Positions 37,649-47,756 of a stretch of DNA of 64,000 nucleotides are shown piece by piece. The translations under genes and the position numbers were made by a program. Numbering within the stretch: the first letter of the stretch is position 1; every line of letters begins with the position of its first letter. Below the pieces are notes generated by a model, which was not told the origin of the DNA, did no database searches, and was given only the letters and a program-made list of their open reading frames with translations. Source of the stretch: Nitrososphaerota archaeon (GTDB lineage: Archaea > Thermoproteota > Nitrososphaeria > PSMU01); contig PSMU01000002.1 in NCBI GenBank assembly GCA_040290255.1, positions 128,001 to 192,000 on the forward strand. The letters are read 5' to 3'.

Positions 37649-38520
37649 GCGCCACCTCCTGCCCTCCTGAGGGCCTCTGCGAGGGCCCTCCTCGTAAACA
37701 CCTCCACCATCGCCCTCCTGTACTCCGAGGAGGCGCGAATGTCCGAGGGCGGGTTCACCGCCTTGGCCGCCAGCGCCGCGGCCTGCCTTATGAGCTGGGT
37801 ATCGATTTTCCTGTCGAGCAGGGCCTGCTCCGCCTCCTTAGGCCTGACGTAGGTATTGCCCACGCCCGTCAAGCCTATGCCTGCGTAGGCACACTTGCCC
37901 GTATCATCGAGCCCGAGCTGCACGGCTACGCCGACGATGGCGAAGTCCCCCGCCTTCCTTTCGAGCTTCAGGTAGGCGCCGCCCGTTCTCAGCTTAGGCA
38001 GCGGCACCCTTATCTCCGTGATTATCTCAGCGGGCTCCAGCGAGGTGGTGAAGAGGTCCACGAAGAGCTCGTCCGCCCTTATCGTCCTCTGCCCCCTAGG
38101 GCCCATGGCCAGCACTTCGCCTTTGACCGCAAGCAGCACCGCGCCCCAGTCGCCTGCCGGATCTGCGTGTGCCAGCGCCCCTCCTATCGTGCCCAGGTTG
38201 CGGACCTGAGGGTCGCCTATTACGGAGGCCGCCTCGGCCATGACCGCGCATTTGGCCTTTATCAGCTCCGAGACCTCGAAGGCATGATGCCTGGTTAACG
38301 CGCCGATGGCCAGCTGGCCATTCCTCTCCTGGATATATTCCAGCCCCGGCACGCGGTTGATGTCCACAATGTAGGAAGGCGAGGCCAGCCTCAGCTTCAT
38401 GAGCGGGATGAGGCTCTGCCCGCCCGCGAGGACCTTGGCTTCCCCCTCGTGTTCCTTTAGAAGCGAAATCGCTTCGGAGATGCTTCCGGGCCTTAGATAC
38501 TGAAAGGTTCTCGGAATCAC
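37645..38520 (-). CDS. FAD-binding medium subunit (CoxM/CutB-like)
   Basis: [25 protein letters not shown] and DIRASSEYR motifs. Confidence 0.94.
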   Translation of the reverse strand: MIPRTFQYLRPGSISEAISLLKEHEGEAKVLAGGQSLIPLMKLRLASPSYIVDINRVPGLEYIQERNGQLAIGALTRHHAFEVSELIKAKCAVMAEAASVIGDPQVRNLGTIGGALAHADPAGDWGAVLLAVKGEVLAMGPRGQRTIRADELFVDLFTTSLEPAEIITEIRVPLPKLRTGGAYLKLERKAGDFAIVGVAVQLGLDDTGKCAYAGIGLTGVGNTYVRPKEAEQALLDRKIDTQLIRQAAALAAKAVNPPSDIRASSEYRRAMVEVFTRRALAEALRRAGGGA

Positions 38521-38613
38521 GTACTACACTGAGCGATGTAGATATTTAGAGCTTAGCATTTGTGCGGAGCGCAAAGGTAAAAACATACGCCCGCAACGCT
38601 CCTCCGAGCGTCG

Positions 38614-39519
38614 TTGGAGCAGGCCATAGAGATGCCCGAGGACCTGGCGAGGCTCTTCGAGGAGGCCAAGTATGTGGCCGAACCCGAGATCGTGACAACG
38701 GTCTATCTTGCCCTCAAGCTCGAGAAGCCCCTGCTCGTGGAGGGCGAGCCCGGCTCGGGCAAGACAGAGCTGGCCAAGGTGCTGGCCCAAGGGCTCGGGA
38801 CGGAGCTCATCAGGCTGCAGTGCTATGAGGGGCTCGATGTGAACAGCGCGATTTACGAGTGGGATTACCTAAGGCAGCTCCTCACGATCAGGATGCGCGA
38901 GGGCGAGGGCCTGCGGGAGGGGCTGGAGGGCGAGATCTTCAGCGAAAGGTTCCTGCTGAAGAGGCCGCTGCTGAGGGCGATCCTGCATGAGGGGCCCAGG
39001 CCGCCCGTGCTGCTCATCGATGAGATCGACAGGGCGGATGAGGAGTTCGAAAGCTTTCTGCTGGAGTTCCTAGGAGAATTTCAGGTGACCATTCCCGAGG
39101 TCGGCACATTTAGGGCCAAGAGGAAGCCGGTCGTCATCATAACCTCCAACCGCACCCGGGAGCTCGGGGACGGGCTCAGGAGGAGGTGCATATACCTCTA
39201 CATCACCTACCCCAGCCCCGAGAAGGAGCTGAGGATCCTGAAGCTCAAGGTGCCGAACATACAGGAGCGCCTGGCGCAGCAGATGATTTGGGTGGTCAAC
39301 AGGATAAGGGCCCTCAGCTACGTCACGAAGAAGCCAGGCGTGGCCGAGACGTTGGACTGGGGTTCGGCGCTCCTGGCGCTCGGCCTAGATCACTTGGACG
39401 GGGAGGCCCTGCAGAGCACGCTCTCCTGCCTCGTGAAGGACGCCGATGAGTTGCTGAGGCTGAGGTCCGAGGACCTAAGCCGGCTCTTGGGGGATGAGTT
39501 CAGCGCAGCCCGGCGGTGA
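38614..39519 (+). CDS. coxD: MoxR-type AAA+ ATPase (CoxD-like)
   Basis: GEPGSGKTE, RLQCYEGLD, LLIDEID, ITSNRTREL and PGVAETLDW motifs. Confidence 0.9.
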   Translation: MEQAIEMPEDLARLFEEAKYVAEPEIVTTVYLALKLEKPLLVEGEPGSGKTELAKVLAQGLGTELIRLQCYEGLDVNSAIYEWDYLRQLLTIRMREGEGLREGLEGEIFSERFLLKRPLLRAILHEGPRPPVLLIDEIDRADEEFESFLLEFLGEFQVTIPEVGTFRAKRKPVVIITSNRTRELGDGLRRRCIYLYITYPSPEKELRILKLKVPNIQERLAQQMIWVVNRIRALSYVTKKPGVAETLDWGSALLALGLDHLDGEALQSTLSCLVKDADELLRLRSEDLSRLLGDEFSAARR

Positions 39520-40621
39520 GCTCGCGGAGCCGCTGCTGCGGGCCGTGCTGGCGCTCTGCCTGCGGCTGAGGGAGGCGGGGGCGTCCGCTTCGATCCCCGA
39601 GGCCCTCGATGCCATAAGGGCACTGGAGCTCATCGACCTTAACGATGAAGCCCAGGTTAGGGCCGCGCTGAGGGCCACGCTCATCAAAAGGCCTGAGCTG
39701 CTTCATATCCTAGATGAGCTACTCAGGACGGGTCGATTGAGCTCCCAGGAAGCCGAATCTGCCGCCGAGCGGGCCCCTGGGCATTTTGCCGGGCTGGCTG
39801 CTCCCCATGTAGGCCCTCAGCCTAAGCGCGGCTGGGTGCCGGCCTACAGCCCCCACGAAGTGCTGAACAGGAAGAGCTTCGGCCAACTGCCCGTGCAGGA
39901 GGAGAAGGCCATGAAGAGGGCGCTCAGGAGGCTGGCCAAGGCCCTGGCCTCGCTGCCGGGAAGGAGAAGAGAGGCCTCTAGGAAAGGGGTGCTCGACTTC
40001 AGGAGAACGATCAGGAGTAGCTTGGGCAGGGCGGGAGAGCTGGCCGTGATTAAAAGGAGGAGAAAGAAGTTCTCCAGGGCCAGGCTCATCCTGCTCTGCG
40101 ATGTGAGCGGCTCGATGGATGAGTATAGCGAGAGGCTGCTGGCGCTGATGCATGCGGCCTGTAACTACGCCGGGGCCAGCGTCTTCGCCTTCAGCACGAG
40201 GCTCATCCCCGTCAACCCTCTCCTGCAGGGCCGCTCGCTCGCGCGCGCCGCCGAGCTCGTCGCCGAACGCGTAAGCATCTGGAACGGAGGGACCAGGATA
40301 GCCTCGGCGCTGCGTCAGCTGCTTCTGGAGCACCGGGCCAGGCTGGGCGGCCTGCCCGCCCTGCTGGTGGTGAGCGATGGCCTAGACCTCGGCGATGAGC
40401 GTGAGCTCGAGGAGGCCCTTAGGGAAGTGAAGAGCAGGGTGGGCGTCCTGATATGGCTCAATCCCCTGGCCGATGATGCGTCCTTTAAGCCGGAGGCGGG
40501 AGGAATAAAGGTGGCTCTGCGCCATGCGGATGTAATGGCGGGCCTTTCGTCCCTTCTTATTCCCGCCCAGCTGAGGCCCCTCCTGCGCGAGCTTGTTCCC
40601 TTGATGGCCCGGCGCGGGTAG
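39494..40621 (+). CDS. coxE: VWA-domain protein (CoxE-like)
   Basis: DFRRTIR, CDVSGSM (MIDAS), FSTRL, WNGGTRI, SDG and WLNP motifs. Confidence 0.88.
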   Translation: MSSAQPGGELAEPLLRAVLALCLRLREAGASASIPEALDAIRALELIDLNDEAQVRAALRATLIKRPELLHILDELLRTGRLSSQEAESAAERAPGHFAGLAAPHVGPQPKRGWVPAYSPHEVLNRKSFGQLPVQEEKAMKRALRRLAKALASLPGRRREASRKGVLDFRRTIRSSLGRAGELAVIKRRRKKFSRARLILLCDVSGSMDEYSERLLALMHAACNYAGASVFAFSTRLIPVNPLLQGRSLARAAELVAERVSIWNGGTRIASALRQLLLEHRARLGGLPALLVVSDGLDLGDERELEEALREVKSRVGVLIWLNPLADDASFKPEAGGIKVALRHADVMAGLSSLLIPAQLRPLLRELVPLMARRG

Positions 40622-40629
40622 CCCGCTGG

Positions 40630-41508
40630 CTACGGAGCCTCCGAGGCCGCCAGCTGCGACGTGGCGGGCAGCGGCTTATGTGGCAGGTGCTTGTTGTACT
40701 TGGTCGCTACGATATCGGCCAAGATGCTGAGGGCTATCTCGGCTGGCGTCACGGCGCCTATATCGGCGCCCACGGGCGCATGAAGTGACGAAAGGAACTC
40801 CTCGCTCACTCCCCTTTGCCTCAGCGCGGCCACATCCTCCAGCACCCTCTTGCGGCTGGCCAGCAGGCCCACGAACCTTACCTTTGCGCCGGAGAGCGCC
40901 TCCAGCACCTCAACATCCCTGGCGCCCTTGGTGAGCACGACCACGCTATCCGTGGGCCTAAATTCATAGCGCCTGAGGTCGAAGTTGAGGTCCGAAATGA
41001 GCACATCAGGCCTTTCCGTGAGCACGGGGTTATGATTGATCAGCACGACCTCGAAGTCGAGCTGCTTGGCGAGCCTGATGAGGGCCTCCTCCACGTCATC
41101 CTTGCCGCCCTGCCCTATGATTATGAGCCTGCTGGGGGATGAATAGGGCTCAATGTAAATCTCCATCATCCCCCCGCAGTTCGTCTCGACGTATATATCA
41201 TCGCCGCTCCTGGACCTGACCGTCGCCTCAACGGCCCTCTCCACGTTCTCCAGGTGCACCCGGACCACCTTGGGCAGGCCCGTCCTCATCGCCTCCAGAG
41301 CCGCGGGGATTATGGCGGCCTCCGGGCATACCCCTCCCAGCCCGCCGTAGGCTATCCTTCCGTCTTGCGTGATGACCACCTTGAAGCCGGGCTTGCCGAT
41401 GGAGGAGCCCTGCACGCGCACCACCGTGGCCAGGGCGAAGGTCTCCCCCCTCTCGGCCAACTCCTTGAGCACGGCGAACAGCTCCGCCGGCTTCACTGCC
41501 CCGTTCAT
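40630..41508 (-). CDS. XdhC/CoxF family Moco chaperone
   Basis: ALATVV..GS..KPG, GGVCPE, CGG.MEIYIEP and APVGADIGAVTPAEIALSI motifs. Confidence 0.9.
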   Translation of the reverse strand: MNGAVKPAELFAVLKELAERGETFALATVVRVQGSSIGKPGFKVVITQDGRIAYGGLGGVCPEAAIIPAALEAMRTGLPKVVRVHLENVERAVEATVRSRSGDDIYVETNCGGMMEIYIEPYSSPSRLIIIGQGGKDDVEEALIRLAKQLDFEVVLINHNPVLTERPDVLISDLNFDLRRYEFRPTDSVVVLTKGARDVEVLEALSGAKVRFVGLLASRKRVLEDVAALRQRGVSEEFLSSLHAPVGADIGAVTPAEIALSILADIVATKYNKHLPHKPLPATSQLAASEAP

Positions 41509-41575
41509 TAGTTAGCCCATCTTAAGGGTTTTGCTGCGCGCTAGCTATATATGAGCGGGCCACGCGCGGCCCTCC

Positions 41576-42025
41576 ATGTCCATTAGGCAGGTGGATATAT
41601 CGGGAAAGGAGCCCGTGCTCAGGGTGGCCACGGCCGAGGGAAGGATCAGGCTGAGGGCCGAGACAGTCAGGAGGATTAGGGAGGGGCGCATCGAAAAAGG
41701 CGACCCCGTCGCGCTCGCCAAGGTGGCGGCCATCCTAGCCGCGAAGCAGACACCTTCTCTCCTGCCCCTCTGCCATCCGCTGAGGCTGGAGCATACTCAG
41801 GTGGACGTCGGCCTCGAGGAGGAGGTAGTCAGCGTCAAGGTGACGGTGACAGCGCACGAAAGGACGGGCGTGGAGATGGAGGCCCTGACGGCGACCTGCA
41901 TCGCCCTCCTGAACATATGGGATGCGGTGAAGGCCTACGAGAAGGATGAGCAGGGGCAATACCCCTGGACGGCGATAGAGGGCGTGCGCGTGGTAAGGAA
42001 GGAGAAGGGACATGTCGGTGCCTGA
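41576..42025 (+). CDS. moaC: Cyclic pyranopterin monophosphate synthase
   Basis: VDISGK, KGD, AAK.TP.LLPLCHP and TGVEMEAL motifs. Confidence 0.95.
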   Translation: MSIRQVDISGKEPVLRVATAEGRIRLRAETVRRIREGRIEKGDPVALAKVAAILAAKQTPSLLPLCHPLRLEHTQVDVGLEEEVVSVKVTVTAHERTGVEMEALTATCIALLNIWDAVKAYEKDEQGQYPWTAIEGVRVVRKEKGHVGA

Positions 42026-42554
42026 AAGGCACAGGGCCTTGGCGCCGCGCGAGGTTAGCGTCTACGTCATCACCGTGAGCACGAGTAGATACCTGTCGCG
42101 CCAGGAGGGTAGGGTCCTTGAGGACGAGGCGGGCGATGTGGCCGAGGCCCTGGCGAGGGAGGCGGGCTACGCGATGGCGGGCAGGGCGCTCGTGCCCGAT
42201 GATATAGCGATGATTAGGGCCGCGTTGGCAGGCGCGCTGGGCAAGGCCGATGTCATCGTTATCACGGGGGGCACGGGCCTCTCCCCCAAGGACGTCACCA
42301 TAGAAGCGGTTAGGCCCCTGCTGGATAAGGAGCTGGAGGGGTTTGGGGAGCTGCTCAGGTACCTCAGCTACCAGAGGATAGGGGCTGCCGCCGCGCTCAC
42401 GAGGGCCACGGCGGGGGCCCTGGGTAGGAGCCTTGTGCTGTGCCTGCCCGGCTCGCCCGATGCGGTCGAGACCGCGCTCAGGGCCTTCCTGAAGGAGTTG
42501 CCTCACGCGCTTTATGTGCTCAGGCAGGCGCCGGATGCCCCGAAAGAGGCTTAG
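42012..42554 (+). CDS. moaB: Molybdopterin adenylyltransferase MoaB/MogA family
   Basis: VITVS, VPDD, ITGGTGLSPKDVT.EA, GFGE and LPGSP motifs. Confidence 0.9.
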   Translation: MSVPERHRALAPREVSVYVITVSTSRYLSRQEGRVLEDEAGDVAEALAREAGYAMAGRALVPDDIAMIRAALAGALGKADVIVITGGTGLSPKDVTIEAVRPLLDKELEGFGELLRYLSYQRIGAAAALTRATAGALGRSLVLCLPGSPDAVETALRAFLKELPHALYVLRQAPDAPKEA

Positions 42555-43113
42555 CCACCATTACATCGGTCGCCTTCACCAGGGCCAGCACCCTGTCTCC
42601 CTTCTTAAGGCCCAGCTCGCTGATGGCCTCGTTGGAGATGATGGAGACGAGCCGGCCCCCTCCCAGCAGCTCCATGGTCACCTGCGACGCCACGGCCCCC
42701 CTCCTTATGCCCACGACCTTGGCCTCTAGCCTGTTTCTCGCGCTGAGCCGGTAGCCGATGTGACCCCAAAAGTCCAGATCCTCCAGCGCGTTGAATAGGT
42801 GCTTGCGCGCCCTCCTGTAGCGCGCCAGCAGGGCCTTCGCCCGCGGCGTCAGGCTCGTACTCCCCCCTCCTCTGCCGCCGGGCCTCGCTTCTATCAGCTT
42901 GAAGCCCAGGAGCTTCTCGAGCCTTCTAATCCTCCCCCACGCGCTGCGATAGGAGAGGCCCAGCTCCTTCGCCGCCATGGCCAGCGAGCCCTTCTCCTGT
43001 ATGAAGCGCAGCAGCCGCGCGTCTATTAGGCCTAAGCCCACGCGCCTCTTCCCGATGAAAAGCGTGAGGGAGGGATGCAGCTCCAGGCCCTCCGGCCCTC
43101 CCCTCGCCGCCAC
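42520..43113 (-). CDS. modE: ModE-type regulator (wHTH + single TOBE/mop domain)
   Basis: GSLAMAAKELGLSYRSAW, GGRGGGST.LT, LSARNRL and ALVKA motifs. GTG 43113 lies about 25 nt from CTTTAATTT. Confidence 0.85.
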   Translation of the reverse strand: MAARGGPEGLELHPSLTLFIGKRRVGLGLIDARLLRFIQEKGSLAMAAKELGLSYRSAWGRIRRLEKLLGFKLIEARPGGRGGGSTSLTPRAKALLARYRRARKHLFNALEDLDFWGHIGYRLSARNRLEAKVVGIRRGAVASQVTMELLGGGRLVSIISNEAISELGLKKGDRVLALVKATDVMVAKPLSGHPAPA

Positions 43114-43203
43114 AGGGCAGAGCCCCCAGCCCAAAATTAAAGCTCTCCCCCGCATAGGAGGCTCGGCGGCAAAGCTATATACAGGGGCTCGATATGAAGG
43201 CGC

Positions 43204-44118
43204 GTGCATATCGCTTCCAACCGCGGCGCGGGGCGCGGCGTCCGGCGCCGGGCGCTGTCCAGGGCAATGGCGCTCATGGCAATCGCGGCATTGTTGGCGC
43301 TCACGGGCCTTGTGATTTACGCGCTGGAAGGCATGGCGTCGATTTCAAGGGCGCGCCCCGTGGTCATCTTCAGCGCGCCGACGCTGGCCCGCCTGGCGAT
43401 GGACCTCGCTGCCAAGGCGGGCCTGCCCGCCGACATCAGGAGGTTGGGCAGCTTGGCCGCCTTCAGGCTCATACAGCAGGGGAACGTCCCCGACCTCTAC
43501 TTTAGCGTGGAGGTCGAGCTGGCCCCGTGGCTCCAGGCCAGGAAGATCGTCATGTTGGGCTCCTATGAGCTCTTGCTCCTCTGCCGAGGAGCCCACGACC
43601 TGAGGGATATCTCCCATGTCACGGTGGCCCTGGCGAACCCCAATACGGCGCCCATTGGATATAGGGCGTTGGCCGAGCTCTACCTGCTGGCCCAGCGAGG
43701 GCTGCTGAACATCGGTCAGGTGCAGGAGGAGCTGGGGGTTCGTTACAGCTCGCTGAGTAACGGCACCGTGCTCATAGACGCCGCGAACATGGCGCCCTCA
43801 GGCCGATTCGTCATGAGGTCAAACATAGAAGAGGCGGCGGCGCTGGTGGAGCAGGGTGCTGCCGAATGCACCTTCGCCTACTGGCCCTTTATTCTCTCGA
43901 GGGGCTATGCGCAGGGCTACAGCATCATAAGCCTACCTCCCGAGCTGCGTTTCCTACAGGATCCGCCCGTCCCCTTCATCGTCAAGCTCAGCTCGGGCAC
44001 GATAAGGGTGGGGGCGGAGCGGGCCTTCGTTGCCTCCTTCAGCGCGCTGGGCGATTTGGTGCTCCGCTTTCTGCCGCAAATCAACGTGAGCGCCTATGGG
44101 CTACTTCCGCAGCCATAA
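43204..44118 (+). CDS. Molybdate/tungstate ABC substrate-binding protein (divergent, WtpA-like)
   Basis: N-terminal anchor; GSLAAFRLI..G..PDLY and ANPNTAPIGYRAL motifs; context next to ModE. Start may be ATG 43267. Confidence 0.7.
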   Translation: MHIASNRGAGRGVRRRALSRAMALMAIAALLALTGLVIYALEGMASISRARPVVIFSAPTLARLAMDLAAKAGLPADIRRLGSLAAFRLIQQGNVPDLYFSVEVELAPWLQARKIVMLGSYELLLLCRGAHDLRDISHVTVALANPNTAPIGYRALAELYLLAQRGLLNIGQVQEELGVRYSSLSNGTVLIDAANMAPSGRFVMRSNIEEAAALVEQGAAECTFAYWPFILSRGYAQGYSIISLPPELRFLQDPPVPFIVKLSSGTIRVGAERAFVASFSALGDLVLRFLPQINVSAYGLLPQP

Positions 44119-44815
44119 GCCCGATGGCCTGTTGGCGCTTGGAGGACTGACCGCGGCCCTCTATGCTCTCCTGTTGCTGGGCCTGCCGCTGCTGCTGGTA
44201 AGGCCTCAGTTGGAAGCCAGGGCCCTCTACGCGCTGGCTAACTCGGCCGCCTTGGCCAGCGCGGCCGCCCTGCTCTGCGTGCCGCCGGCCGCCCTTATAG
44301 GGTACGTGGCCCTGAACTCGAGGCGCTCGCTGCTCTTTACGCTCGTGGCCTTCTCCACGGCGGTCCCGCATACCGCGGTAGGGGCCCTTATCTTTCCGCT
44401 GGTCAGGGGACTGGGGCTCATCGACACGGCGCCGGCCGCCCTTCTGGCGATGTGGGTCGTCTCCCTGCCCTTGGCCGTCGCGACCGTGAGGAGCGCATAC
44501 CTAAGCCTGGGCCCCGGGCTTGAGCTGCTGTTGAGGCCCCTGGGCCTGGGCAGGCTGCCGATCCTGCTCATGTACGCCAGGGCCGCATCTAAGGGGCTCC
44601 TCTTGGCCGCCCTCGTGGCGTGGCTAAGGGCCTTCTCGGAGCTGGGGGCCCTGCTGTTGGTGGCCTTCAGGCCTCTCACGGCGGGCATCTATGTATATGA
44701 GGCGTTCGTTACCTCGGGCTTGGCGCCGGTCATAGGGGCCTCCTTACTCATGGCGGGCATGGGTATCGCGCTCTCGTCGGCCCTGCTGCTGCTCGAGGGG
44801 TGGGTGGCGAGGTAG
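44096..44815 (+). CDS. Molybdate/tungstate ABC permease
   Basis: VPHTAVG, VSLP and WLRAFSELGA motifs. Confidence 0.82.
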   Translation: MGYFRSHKPDGLLALGGLTAALYALLLLGLPLLLVRPQLEARALYALANSAALASAAALLCVPPAALIGYVALNSRRSLLFTLVAFSTAVPHTAVGALIFPLVRGLGLIDTAPAALLAMWVVSLPLAVATVRSAYLSLGPGLELLLRPLGLGRLPILLMYARAASKGLLLAALVAWLRAFSELGALLLVAFRPLTAGIYVYEAFVTSGLAPVIGASLLMAGMGIALSSALLLLEGWVAR

Positions 44816-44816
44816 C

Positions 44817-45485
44817 TTGCTTCGCGTCGAAGGGCTAATCGTGAGGAGGTGGGGGCTCAGGCTCTACGTGGAGAGGCTCGAGGTGGCCGGAAGGCTTGTG
44901 CTGCTGGGCAGGAATGGGGCGGGCAAGAGCACGCTCCTGGCCACTCTTGCGGGCCTCTATAGGCCCAGCGCGGGCAAAGTATACATGGAGGGCATGGAGG
45001 TAACCGACCTGCCTCCCGAGAGGAGGGGGATTGGCTACCTGCCCCAGCATCCCGCGCGGCTCCCGCTAAGGCCGAGGAGGGCGCTCGAGTACTTTTCCAG
45101 GCGGTGGGGCGTGGACTATATGCCCTTCGTGCGAAGGCTGGGCGCCGGGGGGCTGCTAGAGAAGCAGGCCCTCTCGGACGGCGAGCAGCAGCTGCTGAAC
45201 CTCTGCATCCTCCTCATGAGGGAGCCGCGCTGCCTGCTGCTGGATGAGCCAACAAGCCACCTCGACTGGGAGAATAGGAGGGTGGTCTGGGCCGCGCTCA
45301 GGGAGCTCGACCTGCCGCTGCTGCTCGTGACCCACGACCCCCTTGAGGCGCTGCTCGTGGGCGAGAGGGCCGCGCTGCTGAAGGATGGCCTTGTGAGGGG
45401 TCCCATAGCGCTGAATACGGCTGACGCACGCGAAGCCATCGGGGCGAGGCTGGACCTCTATGGCCTCCTCGAGGGCTTGGGCTAG
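44817..45485 (+). CDS. Molybdate/tungstate ABC ATPase
   Basis: GRNGAGKST, PPERRGIGYLPQ, LSDGEQQ (variant signature), LLDEP and VTHD motifs. Confidence 0.88.
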   Translation: MLRVEGLIVRRWGLRLYVERLEVAGRLVLLGRNGAGKSTLLATLAGLYRPSAGKVYMEGMEVTDLPPERRGIGYLPQHPARLPLRPRRALEYFSRRWGVDYMPFVRRLGAGGLLEKQALSDGEQQLLNLCILLMREPRCLLLDEPTSHLDWENRRVVWAALRELDLPLLLVTHDPLEALLVGERAALLKDGLVRGPIALNTADAREAIGARLDLYGLLEGLG

Positions 45486-45580
45486 AAGAATTGTAGCCGA
45501 TGGAGAAGATGTGCCTGTTGGCTGGAGCGGGCGAGGACGAAAGAGAACGCTTTTAATGGGCGCCGTGAGCCGAGCGCGGC

Positions 45581-47743
45581 ATGGCGCTAAGCCTGACCCT
45601 GTTCACGATGCTGATCGCGGCCCTGGGCGTGGCCGCTTCGGCGGGCTTCGTCTACGCGGTTGAGCGCAGGCCCAAGGGCTCGGAGAGCATGGCATATGTG
45701 TGGCAGGGCATAAGGGAGGGCTCCCGGGCCTACCTGAGAAGGCAGTATAGGTCCGTAGCCATCATAGCCGGCGTGCTCTTCTTCCTCATCCTCGGTAGCT
45801 TCGCCGCTTACCCCTCGCTGGGGGGCGCGGCCTACGGCCTGAAGGTGGCCGGAAGCTTTGCCCTAGGCGTGGCCTTCTCGCTCATCGCGGCCTACATAGC
45901 CATGGACGCGGCCACCAGGGCCAACGTTAGGTGCACCGCGGCCGCCGAGCAGGGCACGGCGCAGGCGCTCAGGGTGGCCATCCTGGGCGGAGCGGCGCTG
46001 GGGCTTGCGGTGCTGGCCATGAGCCTGCTCGGCCTTTCGATCCTCTATGCGGTCTTCAGGGATCCGGGCGTCCTCGCCGGCTTCGGGTTCGGCGCCAGCC
46101 TCGCCGCCCTCTTCGCCCAGCTGGGAGGGGGGATCTACACGAAGAGCGCGGATATAGGGGCCGACCTCGTGGGCAAGGTGGAGGCGGGCATCCCCGAGGA
46201 TGACCCTAGGAACCCGGCGGTGATAGCGGACCAGGTTGGCGATAACGTGGGAGATGAAGCTGGAAGGGGGGCGGACCTCTTCGAATCGGTCACGGCCGAA
46301 AACCTGGGCGGCATGATCGTGGGCCTGGTGCTATCTATAGCGCTCTTCGGCGCGATAGGCGAAAGCTATGTGCTCCTCCCGCTTGCAGTGACGTCGCTGG
46401 GCATCCTGGCCACCTTCGCCGGCGTGGCCTGGGCGCTGGGGCAAAGGAGCTTCAAGGAGCCGATAGAGCCGCTCAGGAACGGGCTCATCGTGGCCACCGT
46501 GGCCCTGGCGCTCATGCTGCTCCCCGTTTCCTATGGCGTCGTGGGCACGGCGGGCCTCTGGCTGTATGGGGCGATGCTCGTGGGGCTTATGGCGGGCCTG
46601 CTCATCACCTTCTACAGCGAGTTCTACACGGGGCTTCGAAGCTCCTACGTGCAGAGGATCGCCAAGAACAGCGAGGCGGGCCCGGCGCTCACGGTCATGA
46701 GCGGGCTCTCCGCGGGGCTCGTTTCGTCCGCCGTGCCCATAATAACGCTCGTGGTCGCGATCGCGCTCTCCTTCCTGGCAGGCCAGAGGTGGGCCGCGGA
46801 GGCCCACCTGGGCAATATGCTGCTGGGCGGCATATATGGCACCACGATGGCTACGATGGGCCTGCTGGCTATAGCGGGCATGGTGCTGACGATGGATGGG
46901 GTAGGGCCCATCGTGGACAATGCGGGGGGTATAGCGGAGCTCAGCAATGCGCCGGACGAGCTGAGGGCGAGGCTGGAGCCGCTCGATGCCCTGGGCAACA
47001 CCACCAAGGCGCTGACCAAGTCCTATGCCATGGGCTCCGCCACCCTGGCGGCCCTGCTTCTCTTTCAGGCCTTCCTCCTCGAAGTGGCCCGGTACAAGGC
47101 GGGCATCGTGGAGCTGACGCTGCTCACGCCCTCACAGGCCCAGCAGCTGATCTCGGCGGTCTCCCAGCTGGGACAGCAGCTACAGATAAATACCCCCTCT
47201 CTCCTCATTGGACTGCTGGTGGGCGCCGTCCTGCCCTTCTTCTTCTCGGGCCAGGCCATCGGCGCGGTGGCGCTGGGGGCCCATCAGATGGTCGAGGAGG
47301 TAAGGAGGCAGTTCCGGGAGATACCGGGCCTCCTGGACGGCTCGGGCAGGCCGGACTATGCCCGATGCGTGGACATCTCTACCAAGACGGCGCTGAGGCT
47401 CATGGTCACGCCCACGCTTACGTTGACGCTCGCGCCCATAGTCTTGGGCGTGGCGCTGGGCTGGCAGGCGGTGGGGGCGCTGGTGATAGGGGCAACGGCG
47501 GCCGCCATTCCGCTGGCGATCTTGGGCTTCTACGGGGGGGCGGCCATGGACAACGCCAAGAAGTTCCTCGAGATCCAGGGCAAGAAGGGCACGGATGCCC
47601 ACAAGGCCGCGGTCATAGGCGACACGGTGGGCGACCCCATGAAGGACACCTATGCGCCCAGCCTGCACATCCTGGTCAAGCTGCTGAACACGCTGTCGCT
47701 GGTCTTCATACCGCTCTTCCTCGCCCCGCTGCTGGCGCTCTGA
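45581..47743 (+). CDS. hppA: Membrane H+-translocating pyrophosphatase, K+-independent type
   Basis: GGIYTKSADIGADLVGKVE, EDDPRNPAVIAD..GDNVGD, GNTTKA (Lys at the K+-determinant position) and GDTVGDP.KDT motifs. Confidence 0.95.
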   Translation: MALSLTLFTMLIAALGVAASAGFVYAVERRPKGSESMAYVWQGIREGSRAYLRRQYRSVAIIAGVLFFLILGSFAAYPSLGGAAYGLKVAGSFALGVAFSLIAAYIAMDAATRANVRCTAAAEQGTAQALRVAILGGAALGLAVLAMSLLGLSILYAVFRDPGVLAGFGFGASLAALFAQLGGGIYTKSADIGADLVGKVEAGIPEDDPRNPAVIADQVGDNVGDEAGRGADLFESVTAENLGGMIVGLVLSIALFGAIGESYVLLPLAVTSLGILATFAGVAWALGQRSFKEPIEPLRNGLIVATVALALMLLPVSYGVVGTAGLWLYGAMLVGLMAGLLITFYSEFYTGLRSSYVQRIAKNSEAGPALTVMSGLSAGLVSSAVPIITLVVAIALSFLAGQRWAAEAHLGNMLLGGIYGTTMATMGLLAIAGMVLTMDGVGPIVDNAGGIAELSNAPDELRARLEPLDALGNTTKALTKSYAMGSATLAALLLFQAFLLEVARYKAGIVELTLLTPSQAQQLISAVSQLGQQLQINTPSLLIGLLVGAVLPFFFSGQAIGAVALGAHQMVEEVRRQFREIPGLLDGSGRPDYARCVDISTKTALRLMVTPTLTLTLAPIVLGVALGWQAVGALVIGATAAAIPLAILGFYGGAAMDNAKKFLEIQGKKGTDAHKAAVIGDTVGDPMKDTYAPSLHILVKLLNTLSLVFIPLFLAPLLAL

Positions 47744-47756
47744 AGCCCTCGGGCGC

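Noticed and set aside
28177-38520. Calling the locus a bona fide aerobic CO dehydrogenase
   Set aside because: Both large subunits have AYRGAGR rather than the Cu-binding AYxCSFR of form I CoxL.
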